Assembly (NCBI GenBank): GCA_030390025.1 | Contig: CM059432.1 | Coordinates: 86,120,001 to 86,184,000 of the forward strand | Length of the DNA stretch: 64,000 nt | Direction of reading: 5' to 3' | From: Squalus acanthias | Taxonomy: Eukaryota | Translations under genes and position numbers: made by a program | The notes under the pieces: model-generated | What the model was told of the DNA's origin: nothing | Database searches by the model: none | The model's input: the letters and a program-made list of their open reading frames with translations, nothing else | Part shown: piece after piece, positions 12,471 through 24,446 of the stretch | Position numbering within the stretch: the first letter of the stretch is position 1 | How the letters are laid out: each line of letters opens with the position of its first letter

Positions 12471-13202
12471 GTGACACAACACAAGGCCAATGTTGACAAT
12501 TTTTCACAAGAGAAAAGAAATTAAGATGCTGCCATACAATTAAAAGGTGGAAAACAACATTAGCCTAGAAATGACTTGCTAATAATAGTAGACAAATACT
12601 TATGCGTGTTCTTAGACTGCAATGGAATTATTCTTTAGATGTTTAATGCAAATCTGTGCTAGATTAGAAGTCAACTTCAAAAATATCTTCTATTTCTATA
12701 GCATTCCGTACAGAGAAACATACTAACATACTAGCGTGCTTTACAGGACAGAAGAAAAGACAATGGCTGTCAAGCAGTCGGGAAAAAAAGGTAATGGAAA
12801 GGGTAGGAAGATTTGAGATATAGTCAGAGAAGGATTTTTAAGACACTTCTCAAAGAGGGCAGGGAAATGGCAAATAAAGAGATTGAGGAAGAGTGTTTCA
12901 GAGGGCAAGTGAATGAAAGAACTGCCACCTGTAGTGGAACAGAGGGAGTGAGGAATAAGAAAAACCTGGTGTTGGTGGGGTGAGAATGAGTGTGCATCTT
13001 AAGGCCAGTGGAAATCACTAAGGTAGGGTAGGGTGAGGCCATGGAAGGATTTTAATGTGAGGATGTGGATCTTGAAGTCAATTTAGTGGGACATAAGCAG
13101 CCAGTGCAGCTTGTAAGGAACAGAGTAAAGGGAGTGTGGGATTTGGGATAAGTCCCAAATGTGTTTCAATCACGTTTGTTGTGGAGAGTGCTGCACTCCA
13201 CC

Positions 13203-13472
13203 TAGGGTTGTCAACTCTGGTAGGACATTTTTCTGGAGGTTTCGTCACACGACCTCCCACCTCCAACCGTCTCTCCTAGTCAAACAGTCTTGTTCCCCCA
13301 TCTCCAGTATCTTTATAACTAATAAACAAGTGTTCATAGAAAATTTAAAAAAAAATAAAAATTGTTTTTAATGCCCCTGTGATTTTTCTCCTGGTTGCTC
13401 GCAGCAGTGTCCAGGAGATTAATCTTTAATTCCTGGAGAATCTAGGACAATGCTGGAGGGTTGGCAACCCTA
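13203..13472. mobile_element. hAT-superfamily MITE (TAGGGTTGCCAAC TIR)
   Basis: TIRs TAGGGTTGTCAAC/GTTGGCAACCCTA; perfect 8-bp TSD ACTCCACC. Confidence 0.9.
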
Positions 13473-15004
13473 ACTCCACCACAAGGTTATAGAATGAAAA
13501 GTCAAACAATGTGGTTCAATCTCCATAAGCACTTCTTGCACTGCAAACTATGTGGCAAAGAATGCAGGTTCAACCCCTTAAATGTTTTCTCGGACATGAA
13601 ATACGTGCCATGACACACAGAGGACAGTTTCCTTGTACCTTACAGAGGCCACACTTCTCTTGCCCACTCACTACATAATCTATGTTTTAATAATTATAGG
13701 TTAACCTACCATTCAGAATGGTTGAAAATGGGTATCATATAATTAGAAGCAGTCATAACCTGTGTTTATACTATAAATTACTTATTGGCAAATTTGTTTT
13801 CCTATTTGCAATTTTTCTGCAAGATTAGTAGCTGATATTTTCCTCCCCAGTTTGATCACCGATGGAGGTGCAGTGGAACGCCACTGTCTCTGTGCAGTTC
13901 CTTGGAAATAGGACCTAAGAAATTTGTCAGGGACAAGTTAATTAAAATATTTTGGGTGGGCTTCTGGTGGTATTTGGACCAGCAATTGGGAGCTTGTTAC
14001 TTGGGGGGTAAGTAGGAAATTGTGTGCTGCTGTAGGGTTTAAAGGTTTAAAGCATCTGCAGGATCACTTTGTATTGCAGAGTAGGGAAATCTGACTGACA
14101 ATGGCACAGAGGGTGGTTCTGCACAGAGAGCCACAAAAGTTTAATGGCAGCCAGAGATCCTATTGCAGAAAATGAGCATCCTTTGTCACACCATGAGATT
14201 CAGTAGGACTCAATTGTGAACATACTTCCCATAATGGGTGTGATGACAGGTTATACATTAAGTATATATCTGTAAATGAAGGAACACTTCCAGTTGAAGG
14301 CTGGGGTTATAAAGAGCACTATGCAACCTCCTTGGCATTGATGGTAAGCAATTCAATTATTTTAAAACTATTTAGAGGAGGTTGCTGTAAGTGGCTGACA
14401 TGCTTAGTGCAATGCATTCTTGGAAGATGTGGGTGACTCCTCTTAGCTTGCCTGCCGTGGTAAAATGATTAAACCTTTTCTTGCACTGAGTTTTCATGCG
14501 TTCATGTGTTGGCAGTCACTGCCCTAGCCACTTCCCGCCACAGCTGTAATGCTCCTCTCCCTGGGGGCATGCATCACTCAAACCCAAACAATGCCTCCCT
14601 CTTCTGCCTAACTTCTCCTGGAAATACTTCAACCGCTGTTTTTGTACTGTCACAATCTATGATTCATCGCTGAATCATGGGGCTCAATGTCAACCTGCAG
14701 AACTTGCAGAGTTCAGGAACATTTGTTAATTGGACATGCTTTTAAACTACTGTCCAAACAATTGTGGGTTTTGTCTCTCTTTTAAGCTACAAGAGGCCTT
14801 TATATCCTACAGTAGCATGCTAGTTCCCAGCTCCTACATTGTGAGCTCTCAATCGGGAGCACACCATGAATACTGCAATTAGGCTGACCCAGAAAGCGAA
14901 AGTGGAGTCAGTCCATTATCGATCATGCGGGTGCAAATTATGCTCAGCCATACTTCTCCGCAGAATTTTGCCCGAGCAGAAAATATAGATAATCCCCTGA
15001 TATA

Positions 15005-16872
15005 GCCTGAAACTAGAGTATTAAACTTAAATAAAGGCAATTACAAAGGTATGAGGAGAGAGTTGGCTAAAGTGGACTGGGAAAATAGATTAGAAGGTAA
15101 GATGGTAGAAAAGCAGTGGCAGACATTTAAAGAGATATTTCATGACTCTCAACAAAGATATATTTCAGTGAGAAAGAAAGACTCAGAGAAAGATGAACCA
15201 ACCATGGCTGACTAAGGAAGTTAAGGATGGTATCAAATTGAAAGAAAAGGCATACAATGTTGCAAAGATTAATGGTAGGCCAGAAGATTGGGAAAATTTT
15301 AGAAACCAGCAAAGGATGACTAAAAAAATAATAAAGAGGGAGAAAATAGCTTATGAGAGTAAACTAGCAAGAAATATAAAAACTGACAGTAAGAGCTTCT
15401 ACAAGTATATAAAAAGGACGAGAGTAGCTAAAATAAATGTTGGTCCCTTAGAGGATGAGACAGGGGAAATAATAATGAGAAACAAGGAAATGGCAGAGGC
15501 ATTGAACAAATATTTTGATCTGTCTTCACACAAAAAACATCCCAGTATTAATAGAAAATCAAGGGGCAAAAGGGAGGGAGGAACTTAAAACAATCACTAT
15601 CACTAGAGAAAAAGTGCTAGACAAACTTATGGGTCTAAAGGCTGACAAGTCCCCTGGACCTGATGGCCTACATCCTAGGGTCTTAAAAGAAGTGGCTACA
15701 GAGATAGTGGATGCATTGGTTGTAATCTTCCAAAATTTCCTGGACTCTGGAAAAGTCCCTGCGGATTGGAAAACCGCAAATGTAATGCCCTTATTCGAAA
15801 AAGGAGGGAGACAGAAAGCAGGAAACTATAGGCCAGTTAGCCTAACATCTGTCATTGGGAAAAATGCTCGAATCCATTATTAAGGAAGTAGTAGCAGGGC
15901 ATTTAGAAAATCATAATACAATCAAACAGAGTCAACATGGTTTTATGAAAGGGAAATTGTGTTTGACAAATCTATTAGAGTTCTTTGAGGAGGTAACGAG
16001 CAGGGTGAATAAAGGGGAACCAGTAGATGTAGTGTATTTGGATTTCCAAAAGGCACTCAACAAGGTGCCACATAAAAGGTTACTGCATAAGATAAGAGCT
16101 CATGGTGTTGGGGGTAATATATTAGATTGGATAGAGGATTGGCTAACTAACAGAAAACAGAGAGTTGGGATAAATGGGTCATTTTCAGGATGGCAATCTG
16201 TAACTAGTGGGGTGCCACAGGGATCAGTGCTGGGGCCTCAACTATTTTCAATCTATATTAATGACTTGGATGAAGGAAGCGAGTGTATTGTAGCCAAATT
16301 TGCGGACGATACAAAGATAGGCGGGAAAGCAAGTTGTGAAGAGGACATAAAGAGTCTGCAAAGGGATATAGATAGGTTAACTAGGTTGATTCCTGGGATG
16401 GAAGGGTTGTCTTATGGGGAAAGGTTGAGCAGGTTGGGCCTATACTCATTGGAGTTTAGAAGAATGAGAGATGATCATATTGAAACATATAAGATTCTGA
16501 GGGGTTGGACAGGGTAGATGCTGAGAGGACGTTTCCCCTTGTCAGGGAATCTAGAACAAGGGGGCATAGTCTCAGAATAAGGGGTCGCCCATTTAAGACG
16601 GAGATGAGGAGGGATTTCTTCTCTCAGAGGGTCGTGAATCTTTGGAATTCTTTACCCCAGAGAGCTGTGGAAGCTGAGTCATTGAATGTATTCAAGGCTG
16701 AGATAGACAGATTTTTGAGCCACAAGGGAGTCAAGGGTTATGGGGAGCAGGCAGGAAAGTGGAGTTGATGCCAAAATCGGATCAGCCATGATCTCATTAA
16801 ATGGCAGAGCAGGCTCAAGAGGCCGGATGGCCTGCTCCTGCTCCTATTTCTTATGTTCTTATGTATGTTCTT
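15005..16872 (+). mobile_element. CR1 LINE, 5'-truncated, with internal deletion
   Basis: RT motifs in ORFs 15515-16517; jumps from DIDRL to TRLIPGM at ~16380; CR1 3'UTR and tail. Confidence 0.92.
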
Positions 16873-17242
16873 ATTGCCAAACCAAGGGACTGTGATCCCA
16901 TTATTCCATCTCCTCTCAATACCATGTGTGTTAACAAATATATGTATGAATTGGAAAATAAAAAGAAATGGTAGTATGCTGACAAAATGTTTTACCTTAG
17001 GTGAAGTTACAAAACCCATAAAAGAAATGCCTGAAATTTTTCAAACTTTTTCTGACACTATTTGGAGTGTCAATACTTTTTTATACAAAATAAAGTCCCC
17101 AAAATTGTTATATTTTAGCTCAAAGGAACACTAGCTTTGTAAAAATTTGTTTGCCAAAAATTGTTTGCAATTTTCATCAAAATATGTCACTGCATTATGA
17201 AAACATCATTTTGATAATTGTGCATCCTGTCATTATGAATAC

Positions 17243-18015
17243 AGTGGCATAGTGGTTAGCACTGTTGCCTCACAGCGCCAGGGACTCGGGTTCGAATCCG
17301 GCCTCGGATGACTGTCTGTGTGGAGTTTGCACATTCTCCCCGTGTCTGCGTGGGTTTCCTCCGGGTGCTCCGGTTTCCTCCCACAGTCCAAAGATGTGCG
17401 GGTTAGGTTGATTTGGCTATGATAAATTGACCCTTAGTGTTAGGGGGGATTAGAAACATAGACATAGAAACATAGAAACTAGGAGCAGGAGTAGGCCATT
17501 CGGCCCATCGAGCCTGCTCCACCATTCAATACGATCATGGCTGATCATCCAAATCCATTACCCTGTCCCTGCTTTCCCACACAGAATCCCCATCGAGCCT
17601 GCACCGACACATATCCCACCCTATCCCCGTAACCCCACGTATTTAATTCCCCCTAACATATCCCATCCTATCCCCGTAACCCCACATATTTAATCCCCCC
17701 CTAACACTAAGGGTCAATTTATCATAGCCAAATCAACCTAACCCGCACATTTTTGGACTGTGGGAGGAAACCGGAGCACCCGGAGGAAACCCACGCAGAC
17801 ACGGGGAGAATGTGCAAACTCCACACAGACAGTCACCCGAGGTCAGATTTGAACCCGGGTCCCTGGCGCTGTGAGGCACCAGTGCTAACCACTATGCCAC
17901 CGTGCCGCCCATTAAATACATGGGGTTACGGGGATAGGGTGGGATATGTGTCGGTGCAGGCTCGATGGGCCGAAATGGCCTCTATCTGCACTGTGGGGAT
18001 TCTGTGATTCTGTGA
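17243..18015 (+). mobile_element. HE1-like V-SINE (tRNA head, V-domain, CR1-like tail), split by an insertion at 17453-17910
   Basis: A box TGGCATAGTGG, B box GGTTCGAATCC, V-domain tgtgtggagtttgcacattctccccgtgtctgcgtgggtttcc; resumes at 17911 and ends (gattctgt)n. Confidence 0.88.
17453..17910 (-). mobile_element. Chimeric insertion: full HE1-like SINE fused to ~128-nt CR1 3' end
   Basis: SINE head at 17910 running to ~17581, then CR1 3'UTR and (TTTCTATG)n tail to 17453; flanked by ATTA direct repeats (17449-17452, 17911-17914). Confidence 0.8.
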
Positions 18016-18196
18016 TATTGTACAACTTTGACTCTTGCAGTAAAAACTTCTCAAACAGCAGCAACACACAATAAATGTTGAATTTTCAGATTTGGAAAAT
18101 CTTTTGATAAATTACAAGAAAAGTGAATGACACCAAATCATACTATGCCTTGCATAAATTAATTTAACATGATAATAAAGAAGATATCTGACTTAC

Positions 18197-18252
18197 ATTT
18201 TTGACAAGAAGAAAATGATAGTGAACAACAGAGTCCATTATGTGTCTTTGAG
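18197..18252 (-). CDS. C8orf89: 56-nt internal exon of C8orf89-like gene
   Basis: Acceptor ctcctttatttcactcag|, donor |gtaagt; phase 2 in and phase 1 out, joining both neighbouring exons in frame: (S)SKTHNGLCCSLSFSSCQK(L). Confidence 0.72.
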
Positions 18253-18728
18253 CTGAGTGAAATAAAGGAGAGTTTAATTTAAAGAGATTTAGTTTAATCA
18301 TCTTAAGCAGGTAGAAAATTATTGAACATCAAGTTTACCTTGAAAGAACAAAGTCTAACAAACTTTTCAGTGGGCAGCAATGTTCCATGATTGCTTGCTT
18401 AAAAATAGTTGAAGAATTGCAAGGTGATTTTACAATCCAATAATAACAGGCTGATAGTTTCTAATAGTTCTGTAGATCACTTGGCTGGATTGAGGAATGG
18501 ATTCATGATGGGCTTTGTCACGTGCCTGTAGAACGATATCTGCGCCTTGAGTTTCCTTCACTTCAATTTTGCTTGCCACTTCGGCCTTGGCAAAGGCTGC
18601 TGATTGGTTGAGATGCCTTTTAAGGCCCTCTAAAGGCTTTCTGAAATGTTGTCCCCTTATTATGGCAATCCTCTTTACTGTCCCCATCCCTTTAAATTTG
18701 ACAATGTAATTTTTCTCTCTCACTACTA

Positions 18729-19230
18729 GGCCCTGAATTTCCACAAGGTGCTCCCAATCTCCTGAAGTAACTCCGGCGAAAGATCGGCAGAACACTCCCC
18801 CCCCCCCCCCCCCCCGCCCCTGGGGGGGGCGGGGGTGGAGGCATGTTGAGGTTATAGGGGAGGCATAGTAGGATGCCGAACACAGGAGCCAGGAAATTAT
18901 TCAGATAGTGAATTTCAATTATAAGATTGGACTTCATATGAATGCCCAAATATGTAAGGAAGCAGAATTAAACAGCTAAAATGACAAAACTGCTGAAATG
19001 TTCTGGATTACCAGCTATAGCTACATTAACATTAATTATTCCAAAATACTTGCCACCCTTTCTTAGAAACGGGGGGAAAGCGCATGGGACATAATTCTCC
19101 GAAGGGGGCTCAGCAAAAAAAGTTTGGGAACCTCTGCGCCCAAGTCACGGTGTAAACAGTTGGTTTTAACTGTCCATGCCATTTCTGTGGAGAATCTCCC
19201 ACTGGAGAACTCCTGCGGAAATTCCAAGCA
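18729..19230. mobile_element. Old Harbinger-type MITE
   Basis: Degenerate TIRs GGCCCTGAATTTCCAC / GCGGAAATTCCAAGCA; CTA on both sides; internal poly-C/poly-G at 18797-18840. Confidence 0.6.
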
Positions 19231-19836
19231 CTAGCGTCCTCCCTAGACTCATCTGACTCTGCACCTGTTATTGTGAATAGTTATGCAAATAAGATCGACC
19301 AAAGAATTAAATGCTATTTTGTACTTGACATTTCAGGCGAGATTTGCACCTGTTATAAACTATTTAGTAGCCGTGACATAAACCTGGAGATGAAAATCAG
19401 TAATGGTATACCTAGAATTTCAGAATCTTTCAATAAAGTACCACATGAAAGGCCACTAAGTGTCAATGTTAACTCAGGGGAGAAGAATGTCTGCTTCACT
19501 GAGCAGGGGAGAGGAGAGAGTCAGCATTTACTGGCGGGGGGTGGGGAGGTAGAAAAGAGATTGTCAGAATTAACTGTTAGGAATGTTGAGGCAGTAGAAA
19601 GGGTACAGTGCAGATTTACTAGGATATAGAACAAGGAGATTGTGGGGTGATTTAATAAGGTGTGTTTAAAATTATCAAGGATGTGATAGAGTAGATAGAA
19701 ACAGGCTGTTTCTAGTGATTCAGGAATCTAGAACGAAGGGACATAGATGCAAGAGATTTAGCACAGAGCATGAGAATCATTTTTATACACAAGATTGTGA
19801 GGCTGTGGAATGCACTCTCAGAGTTTGCGATTGAAG

Positions 19837-20715
19837 TAGAATCATAGGCCCTGATTTTAAAGGGAGGGCGGGTATGGTGCGCGCGGGCCTCGAACTGGAC
19901 GGCACACCCGGGGTGGACGTGGACCACCAGCCAATTTTAACGGCTGATCCTCATTTCCATAAATTTTTGCAGTGACCCGTGCAACCCAACTAGATCCACT
20001 ACCTGTACAGCGGGCAGGAGCGGGAATTCGGCAGGAGGATGCTGCCATGGTCCCTAGTAGGTGGTGAGGGGGGCTCTGGACACGATTGATGGGGGACGGG
20101 GGGAGCCTGGGGAAAAGAGAGGCCCAGAGATTCCTTGTGAGGCCCGGAGGAGCACTCCAACCCATGGTCCACATGGAAACTTAAAATAAAATTTTAAAGC
20201 TTATCTACCTGGGCCTCTTCTGGCCCACGATCCACCTTCTGGCAGGACTGACCTGACAGGGAAGCAGTCACTGCTGCCCTGCCCAGGCCTACGACTTAAA
20301 TTGCACTCGGATGCTGATGACATCATCGGGCCCAATCTGCATCTTTATAAAGGGACCTACTGCCTTCCTGCGGGTGTCCCGCTCGCCTGCTCAAAAGCGT
20401 AGGTTAACATCGGGACACAGTGGGATCAGAGGGGGTAAGTCGCTGCCCTCATTTTAACTGGTCCCCACCCAATTTCTGCCAGGTGGGGGAGTTAAAATCT
20501 GGGTCATAGAATCTTACAGCACACAAGGAGCCCATTTGGCCCATCATGCCTGTGCTGGCTCTTTGAAAGAGCTATCCAATTAGTTTCACTCCCCCCACCT
20601 TTTACCCATAGCACTACAAATGTTTCCTTTTCTATCCAATTCCCTTTTGAATGTTACTATTTTTACTTCCACCACCCTTCAGACAGTGCTTTCCAGATCA
20701 TAACAAATCGCTAGA
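19837..20715 (-). mobile_element. CR1 3' end, tail split by the MITE at 19847-20505
   Basis: agaatcATA|MITE|ATAgaatcttacagcac..; CR1 3'UTR as at 39985-40230. Confidence 0.7.
19847..20505. mobile_element. Harbinger-type MITE
   Basis: TIRs GGCCCTGATTTTAA / TTAAAATCTGGGTC; 3-bp TSD ATA. Confidence 0.85.
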
Positions 20716-20924
20716 AATAAAGACATATGGGAATAGAACAGTCACGTGGGATTAGGACTACTGTCTATGTGGAGGATAAACGCCAACACAGACTAGTTGG
20801 GCCAAATGGCTTGTTTCCGTGTTGTAATTTCTATGCAACAAGCTAAAGGCAGTAGCTATCTTCAGCAAAACTTGGAGGTGAATAAAGAATTGGCTGAAAG
20901 AGAGGAAGCAGCAGGTGCTAGTTA

Positions 20925-22787
20925 GGGGCATAATATCAACTAGAATCAATCATCAGGGACAGAGGGGGGTCAGTGGGCGAGATTGGTGGCGGGTCAGGTG
21001 GGAAAGTGTTTTTTTTCCCTAGCGGGTCGGGACCCCGCTGTGAACCCACCGCCTTTACCAAATATCGGGTCTGTCAGTGCTGAGCAGACCCAACACGCAG
21101 CAACGGGGGAGGCAATTAAAATCATTAGTGGCTTGTTTACAGCCACTTATCAATGGTTTTTTCCCAGCTTTTTGGATTTTACAGGTCGCCCACCGGTTTC
21201 CCACTGTGCCTAGGCCACATCTGTGAAGCTGAGGCGGGAGGTCAGTGGCCATTGAATCAGCTGATGAGTTGACAGCTTCAAATGTCAAGTCAAAGCTCCC
21301 AGCTGATTGAGATATGTTCCCTTAACCACTAGCTTCTCTAAACTGCATTTCCACTACAGATTCAGGATGCTGCAAGTCTTTACACAAGTCTCCATCCAGT
21401 CTGACCTCATTACCTCTCCCACCATTGACAGATCGCTTCTGTCATCTCTACTTCACCTGCCATCTTTTCCATCAGCATGGGTGCCCTTGAAACTCTCTCA
21501 ACTTGGTCCTCAGAATCCCACCACGATCAGCACCAACACCAGCATCACTAGGCACACCAGCAGCACCAACAGCAACACTAACCTTCTCCGCAATCAACTG
21601 ATGCTGCACAGGACACAGGGCATCAGCACCCGACCACATTGTTGCCCAGGAGGCCAGGGATGGCCTCACCATGGCCAGATTTACTTCACTTGACGCTGTA
21701 CACCCTGGCTGCCACATGATGCACCAGGTTGGCACCACCCCACGCCAACACCATAAAGCATCCCTACAATGCCCAGGCCATTCCTTTCACACACATCACC
21801 AATGCGGGGGAGGTACCCTTATGTCTCACCATTCACTGCAACTCACTAAGCCACTTCCAAAGGTGCCCACAAATCTGTCCAAGACCGGAAAGTGTTGAAA
21901 ATAAAGGTTTCAATGTTTGACACCACATTAACAGAAACTGTACATGAACATTACATAAAACACCCAAGTGCCTACCGTTGTGTGTTGTTAGTTGCTATGA
22001 TTACACTAGGATGAGGGTGAGTGTGAGGGGTGGCAAGTGAGATGGGGGATGTGATAATGTAGATAGAGAGGGATGGGTGGAGGTGCAAGCTAAGTTGGTG
22101 TAAGGATGTGCAGGATTAGGGTAGGGAAGGCAGAGTGATGGGGATGTGATGAGAAGCACAGCAGGATGAGGTTGAGTATGGCTTTGCAGTAACGTTTTGT
22201 GATCTACTGAGATCATTGAAACGTTTGCGCCACTACACCCAGGTCCTCCTGACCACATCCCTGCTTGTGCCCTCCTCTGCAATGTGCAACCAGGCTGTGT
22301 TGATCTCCTGGGGAGGTCTCTTCCACCCATGGGAAGGGAAGAGGACCTCCCTGCGTGCTCCAACTCCCTTCAGAAGCAATCCAATCCAATAGTCAGGTTC
22401 CAATACGATCCAGTCCAATAGTCAGGTTCCAATCCAATCCCATCCAATAATCAGGTTCCAATCCGTTACAATACATATGGAGGGAGTCATGGGAGAGCCT
22501 GGGTGCAGCTCTGCACCTCTGTGCAGTGCTTGTCAGCGTTTGCAGCACCTCAATGCTGTAGAACACTGACAGCACATATGTCAAAATAAAGTTGGCCATG
22601 GTCCCTTTAAGGAAACCGGCTGATGACGTGTCATCAAATGACATCACCAGACCCACTTCCTCTAATTGGCCGGCAAACGCGCTGGGCGGGCTTAACATGC
22701 CCAATTAGGGGAAATTCATTTCGGAGGCCGGGATAGAGACAGCAGCGGGGTCGGGACCCGCATCGGAGCTGCCGTAAAATCGCGGCC
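20925..22787 (-). mobile_element. Harbinger derivative (family B), second copy; Myb/SANT remnant on -
   Basis: 21500-22787 is the reverse complement of 2007-3215; right TIR GTAAAATCGCGGCC; left boundary approximate. Confidence 0.75.
22377..22472. repeat. Short tandem array (~29-nt CCAATCCAATAGTCAGGTT-containing units, about 3 copies)
   Basis: Three (g/a)tcaggttccaat units among CAATC repeats; absent at the equivalent site (~2339) of the sister copy. Confidence 0.8.
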
Positions 22788-24446
22788 TGAGTGACTGAGC
22801 ACTTGGACAAGTATGACCTGATCAAAGAGAGTCAGCATGGATTTATAAAGGGAAGGCCATGTCTGACTAATCTAAATTAATTTTTTGAGAACATCATAGG
22901 GGTGTTGTGACAAGTGGTATTCCCAGGAATCTGGACCAGGGCCTGAACTTACCATATATATTAATGATCTGGATGAAGGAATAGTTGTATAATCCAAGTT
23001 TGCACTAGATGAGGAGACACACTAAGTTGTGTAGATGAGAGCAGGAAGTTACAAAGGAACAGAAGTGAGTGAGAAAAACTGTAGCATATTGAGTTCAATG
23101 TGGAGAAGTGAGAGGTCATTCAATTTGGGTCCGAAAAAGAAAATTGGAAGATTTTGTTAATGGTGAGAGACTAGGAATTGTGGAGAAGCATTAGGATTTA
23201 TGGCCGGGAAATTCCCTACCTTAGCGCCGACCATTAAAGCCGTTTTTCTGAAAAAAATGGCGGCCGCTTCACTTCCATCCGCTTCTGGCACGGGACACGG
23301 TGGCCGCCATATTGGAGAGGTCGATAGCGCTGTCGTTACCAGCGCTCGCCTCTCCAATGCAAATGTGCAGATTGTGACATCAATCGGACTGCAAGGCCTG
23401 ATTTGACGCGGGACTGCGATTTTCGACATCGCTGCACACCATAACGCCCTCTACTAACCATGCATGGAAGAACATGCGTGCAGCAGTACCGTAGAGACGC
23501 TGGGCTCGATTTTGTCATTGGGGCGGGCTGGGGTCGTGTCATCCGCTTTTCGTGTTAGCCACCCGACTCCAATTGGATGTGGGAGAATTATTCGCTTTTG
23601 GCCTTTGCTGTGAGAGGGACCTGGAGGCAAAATGAGCAGCAGGAGACCTAAGTCTGCTCCCAGATTTTTTTTGTACCACCACCACCACCACCACCTCCTC
23701 CTCCTCCTCCTCCTCCTTCTCCTTCTCCTCCAGGCTCCAAACTTCCTCAACAATGGTTATGACTGCTAAAAGTTCCCCCAGAATGATGATTGATCAAATC
23801 TCCTTCTTAATGGTGGACCAGCAGCTGATAGTCAGCAATCCAAGTGTGCTACCGCCAGGTTTCACCGTCGTGTTTCAGAGGAGGCGTACATCACATCGGA
23901 AAAGTCTTAAAATCAGAAAGTCCTCTCAAAATGGGATTATAGAGGCAATTAAGTGGTTCTTAAGGGCCTATCCCGCCTCTTGAAGGCGGGACGGAGACGG
24001 GATCAGAAACCACGCATTTGGGAAAATTGCTCGGAGGCGGGATGGAGGCGGGGTCGGGCCCGCCCGCCATTTTTTGCAATTTTAACACCCCACACGCCTC
24101 CATTCCCGCCTCCTCGGGCCTGGCAAAATCGAGCCCGCTGTCTGCGCTTCTTAAAGGGACACACACATCTTTCAGGTAAGTTTCGATTTCAGCTTTTTAA
24201 ATATTTTATGGAAGTAGTGGCTTGGTGCAATACAATTAAAAAATTGTTAAAGTGTGCAGGGAGTGCTGCTGGAAGCTTGCAAGGCTTTGGATGTTAAAGG
24301 AAGGTCTCTGAGAAGACCACTTGCTCACAGTCCTGGGGGGCACATGGAGATGAAGCAGAGGCAGCAAAGAGGACAAGCTGCATGCGGAGGAAAGAGGAAG
24401 AAGCAGAATTGGAAGAAGCAGAAAAGGAGGAAGCAGAATAGAAGGA

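Noticed and set aside
13782..13915. Possible minus-strand exon (tttcttag|GTCC..|gtaatt)
   Set aside because: Stop codons in all three frames; incompatible with the phase-1 junction
17243..17315. tRNA gene
   Set aside because: A/B boxes belong to the SINE head and run into the V-domain
18430..18795. 121-aa minus-strand ORF near the small exon
   Set aside because: Starts inside a MITE, has no recognisable domain or good donor, and is not needed for the exon chain
21255..21310. CTGATGA followed by a hairpin, hammerhead-like
   Set aside because: No GAAA core or stem I/III after the hairpin
22377..22472. CRISPR-like repeat array
   Set aside because: Units are contiguous with no unique spacers, no cas genes, eukaryotic context
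23454..23753. Poly-Arg/poly-Trp ORF
   Set aside because: Translation of a compound trinucleotide microsatellite
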